DNA from: Glycera tridactyla
Lineage: Eukaryota
Reading direction: 5' to 3'
NCBI GenBank assembly: GCA_965644265.1
Contig: OZ286474.1
Span: forward strand, 61,690,001-61,754,000
DNA: 64,000 nt
Part shown: in pieces, positions 61,621-64,000 of the stretch
Layout of the letters: every line of letters starts with the position of its first letter
Position numbering within the stretch: the first letter of the stretch is position 1
The notes under the pieces: generated by a model
What the model saw: only the letters and a program-made list of their open reading frames with translations
The model's database searches: none
What the model was told of the DNA's origin: nothing
Translations under genes and position numbers: made by a program

Positions 61621-62074
61621 CTTGATTTTATATTTCAATCGTGAAGGTTTTCATTTTGCATATGCATCCTATTTAGTAGATGCACTGAAGCAGTACAAGC
61701 TGTAGACATTATATGTAACCTAATTGATCTCAGGAACTGAATCACTTGTTTAGTACTTACACTGAAACAGCAGCAGCTGCTGTCATTATTCTATGTAACC
61801 TAATTGATCTCAGGGAATTGCTTGTTTGTTTGTGTAGAAATGATTGTTATTTGTTTCCTGTTCTGTTTTTATTTGTAAGTATTGGCCCACAAACTACATT
61901 CCGATCATTGATCACATGAGTGCACTAATGCACTCTGATCACATGAATATTTGAATTTCATACTGCTTTGCCTACCCGGAATTGAGATATGGTTCCTCTT
62001 GGTTAGACATGACTGGGTTGACCTGAGAGGGATGAATATGGATTCAACAGGAGGTTAGCAAAGCAGTATAAAAT

Positions 62075-63390
62075 CCAAATATTCTTGCATATTACCCACT
62101 ATCTGCTGCTTCATGTGTGGTTATTGTGGTATATTTCATAGCATACTCACCAATTTTCTACTATTTTCAAGCATGGGTGCTAGTTTCCTGCCAGTTACAT
62201 AAATAGGTAGGGTTATGCTTGAACTGTTAACTACTTCCACTTGCCATCCTTTCAGGTTTTCCAGCTTCCATGTTCAGGGTTCGTGAGTGATGTTTGCTGG
62301 GAGAGAACATCTAGCTTACAAATACATAGGGTAATTCTGTTTGTTGTTATGAATGTGTAATGAATCCTTATACAGAGTCTTCCTCTTGATGTGAAAAATA
62401 AGTGATGCTTTATCTTTGTTTGGATCACAATGGGAGTTGAGACCTGAGAGGAGGGTTTCCCATCTACCTGTCACAGGGTAGCTGACAGATGAGGACTCAA
62501 CTCCCACTGAATAGACAATAATGTTAGCCAGTCTGCCTGACCAGTGTGAAATGAATATAGAACCATTTTCCCAAGTATTCTTGCATATTTCCCACTACCT
62601 ACAGCTTCATGTGTGGTTATTGCAGTATATTTCATAGCATATCCACCCTTTTTTCTACTATTTTCAAGCATGGGTGCTAGTTTCCTGCCAGTTACATAAA
62701 TAGGCAGGGTGTGCTTGAACTGTCAACTACTTCCACTTGCCATCCTTTCAGGTTTTCCATCTTCCATGTTCAGGGATTGTGTGTGTGTTGTTTGCTGGCA
62801 GAGAACATCTAGCTTTCAAAATACATAAGGTAATTCTGATTGTTGTTATGAATGTGTAATGAAACCTTATACAGAGTCTTCCTCTCGATATGAAAAAATG
62901 AGTGATGCTTTATTTTTGTTTGGATGACAATGGGAGTTGAGACCTAGAAGGAGTGGTTTCCCATCCATCAGACACAGGGTAGTTGAGATGAGGACTCAAG
63001 TCCCACTGAATAGACAATAATGTTAGCTAGTCTGCCTGACCAGTGTGGAATGAATATGAAACCATTTTCCCAAGTATTCTTGCATATTTCCCACTATCTG
63101 CAGCATCATGTGTGGTTATTGTGGTATATTTCATAGCATATCCACCCTTTTTTCTACTATTTTCAAGCATGGGTGCGAGTCTCCTGTCAGTTACATGAAT
63201 AGGTAAGGGTGTGCATGAACTGTCAACTACTTCCACTTGCTATCCTTTCAGGTTTTCCTTCTTCCATGTTAAGGGTTTGCTAGTGATGTTTGCTGGGAGA
63301 GAACATCCAGCTTTCAAATACATAGGGTAATTCTTATTGTTGTTATGAATGTGTAATGAATCCTTATACAGAGTCTTCCTCTTGATGAAG
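62075..63390. repeat. ~497-bp tandem repeat (~2.7 copies)
   Basis: TTCTTGCATATT(A/T)CCCACTA at ~62082, ~62578 and ~63077. Confidence 0.9.
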
Positions 63391-63709
63391 AAATCACCTT
63401 TTATACATTGCGCGAGATTTTAGACTTGAGATAATTGTGAATGATTATGACTATTATACCATGTGTATTATGTTTATACAGAAGAGAACACATGTTGTTT
63501 TCACATATTTGATACATATCATCCTGAGAGATGTATTTTGACTGAATGTGTCTAATCTGTTATTGTTACTAGAGAATTATTGGCTGGACCAAATTTGATA
63601 TGATGCACGTTGATGTAGAAAATAAAGTTGTTTTATTCTTCTAGTTTGATTTTCCTTTTTTATTCATCAATTATCCAGCAACACAAATAGATATGACAGT
63701 GACAGTAGA

Positions 63710-63780
63710 AGCGGTTGCAGCAGCAGCTGCAGCAGCAGCAGCAGCAGCAGCAGTAGCAGCAGCAGCAGTAGGAGTAGCAC
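63710..63780. repeat. (CAG)n microsatellite
   Basis: Direct reading. Confidence 0.9.
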
Positions 63781-64000
63781 AGGCAGCATCAGTGAAGTAG
63801 GGTGGGTGTAATATACTGAGACATAGCTATCATAAAAGCAGTGGAGCATAGCAAGCATGTGAATAGAAACCGCCTCCAAGTAGGTGGACATATGAGAAAA
63901 CTATGCATGATTGGATATTGAACTGTTGAAACCAACATTTCAGACCGTAAAATGTAAATGAGATGAAGTGAAAAACCTTTGTGGAGGGAGGAACTCATCA

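Overview
AT-rich animal (invertebrate-like) genomic DNA with two N gaps, dominated by repeats and mobile elements. 1-22 kb: satellites and minisatellites (34, 42 and 39 bp units), microsatellites, a pogo/Tigger-type MITE and two decayed CR1/L2-group RT fragments. 22.4-31.7 kb (minus): a young CR1/L2-group non-LTR retrotransposon arrangement with an RRM-type ORF1, a separate SGNH esterase ORF and an APE-RT ORF2 carrying one frameshift. 39903-44448: an Academ (XPG-type) DNA transposon with TAG...CTA ends, a TAA target-site duplication, ~1 kb TIRs built from ~175-bp units that each carry a CTCF-like motif, and a decayed nuclease gene. 46.0-58.4 kb (minus): an apparently intact Polinton/Maverick (endogenous polintovirus) with pPolB, packaging ATPase, integrase, minor and major capsid proteins and an adenain protease. 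The most notable signals are in this element: (1) a small ORF resembling a GADD34/ICP34.5-type PP1/eIF2alpha phosphatase adaptor, (2) a NADAR-like domain fused to the pPolB C-terminus, and (3) a divergently transcribed three-exon gene for a small signal-anchor membrane protein. The Polinton TIRs could not be found in the window. All domain calls come from motif recognition by eye and need HMM or structure confirmation.
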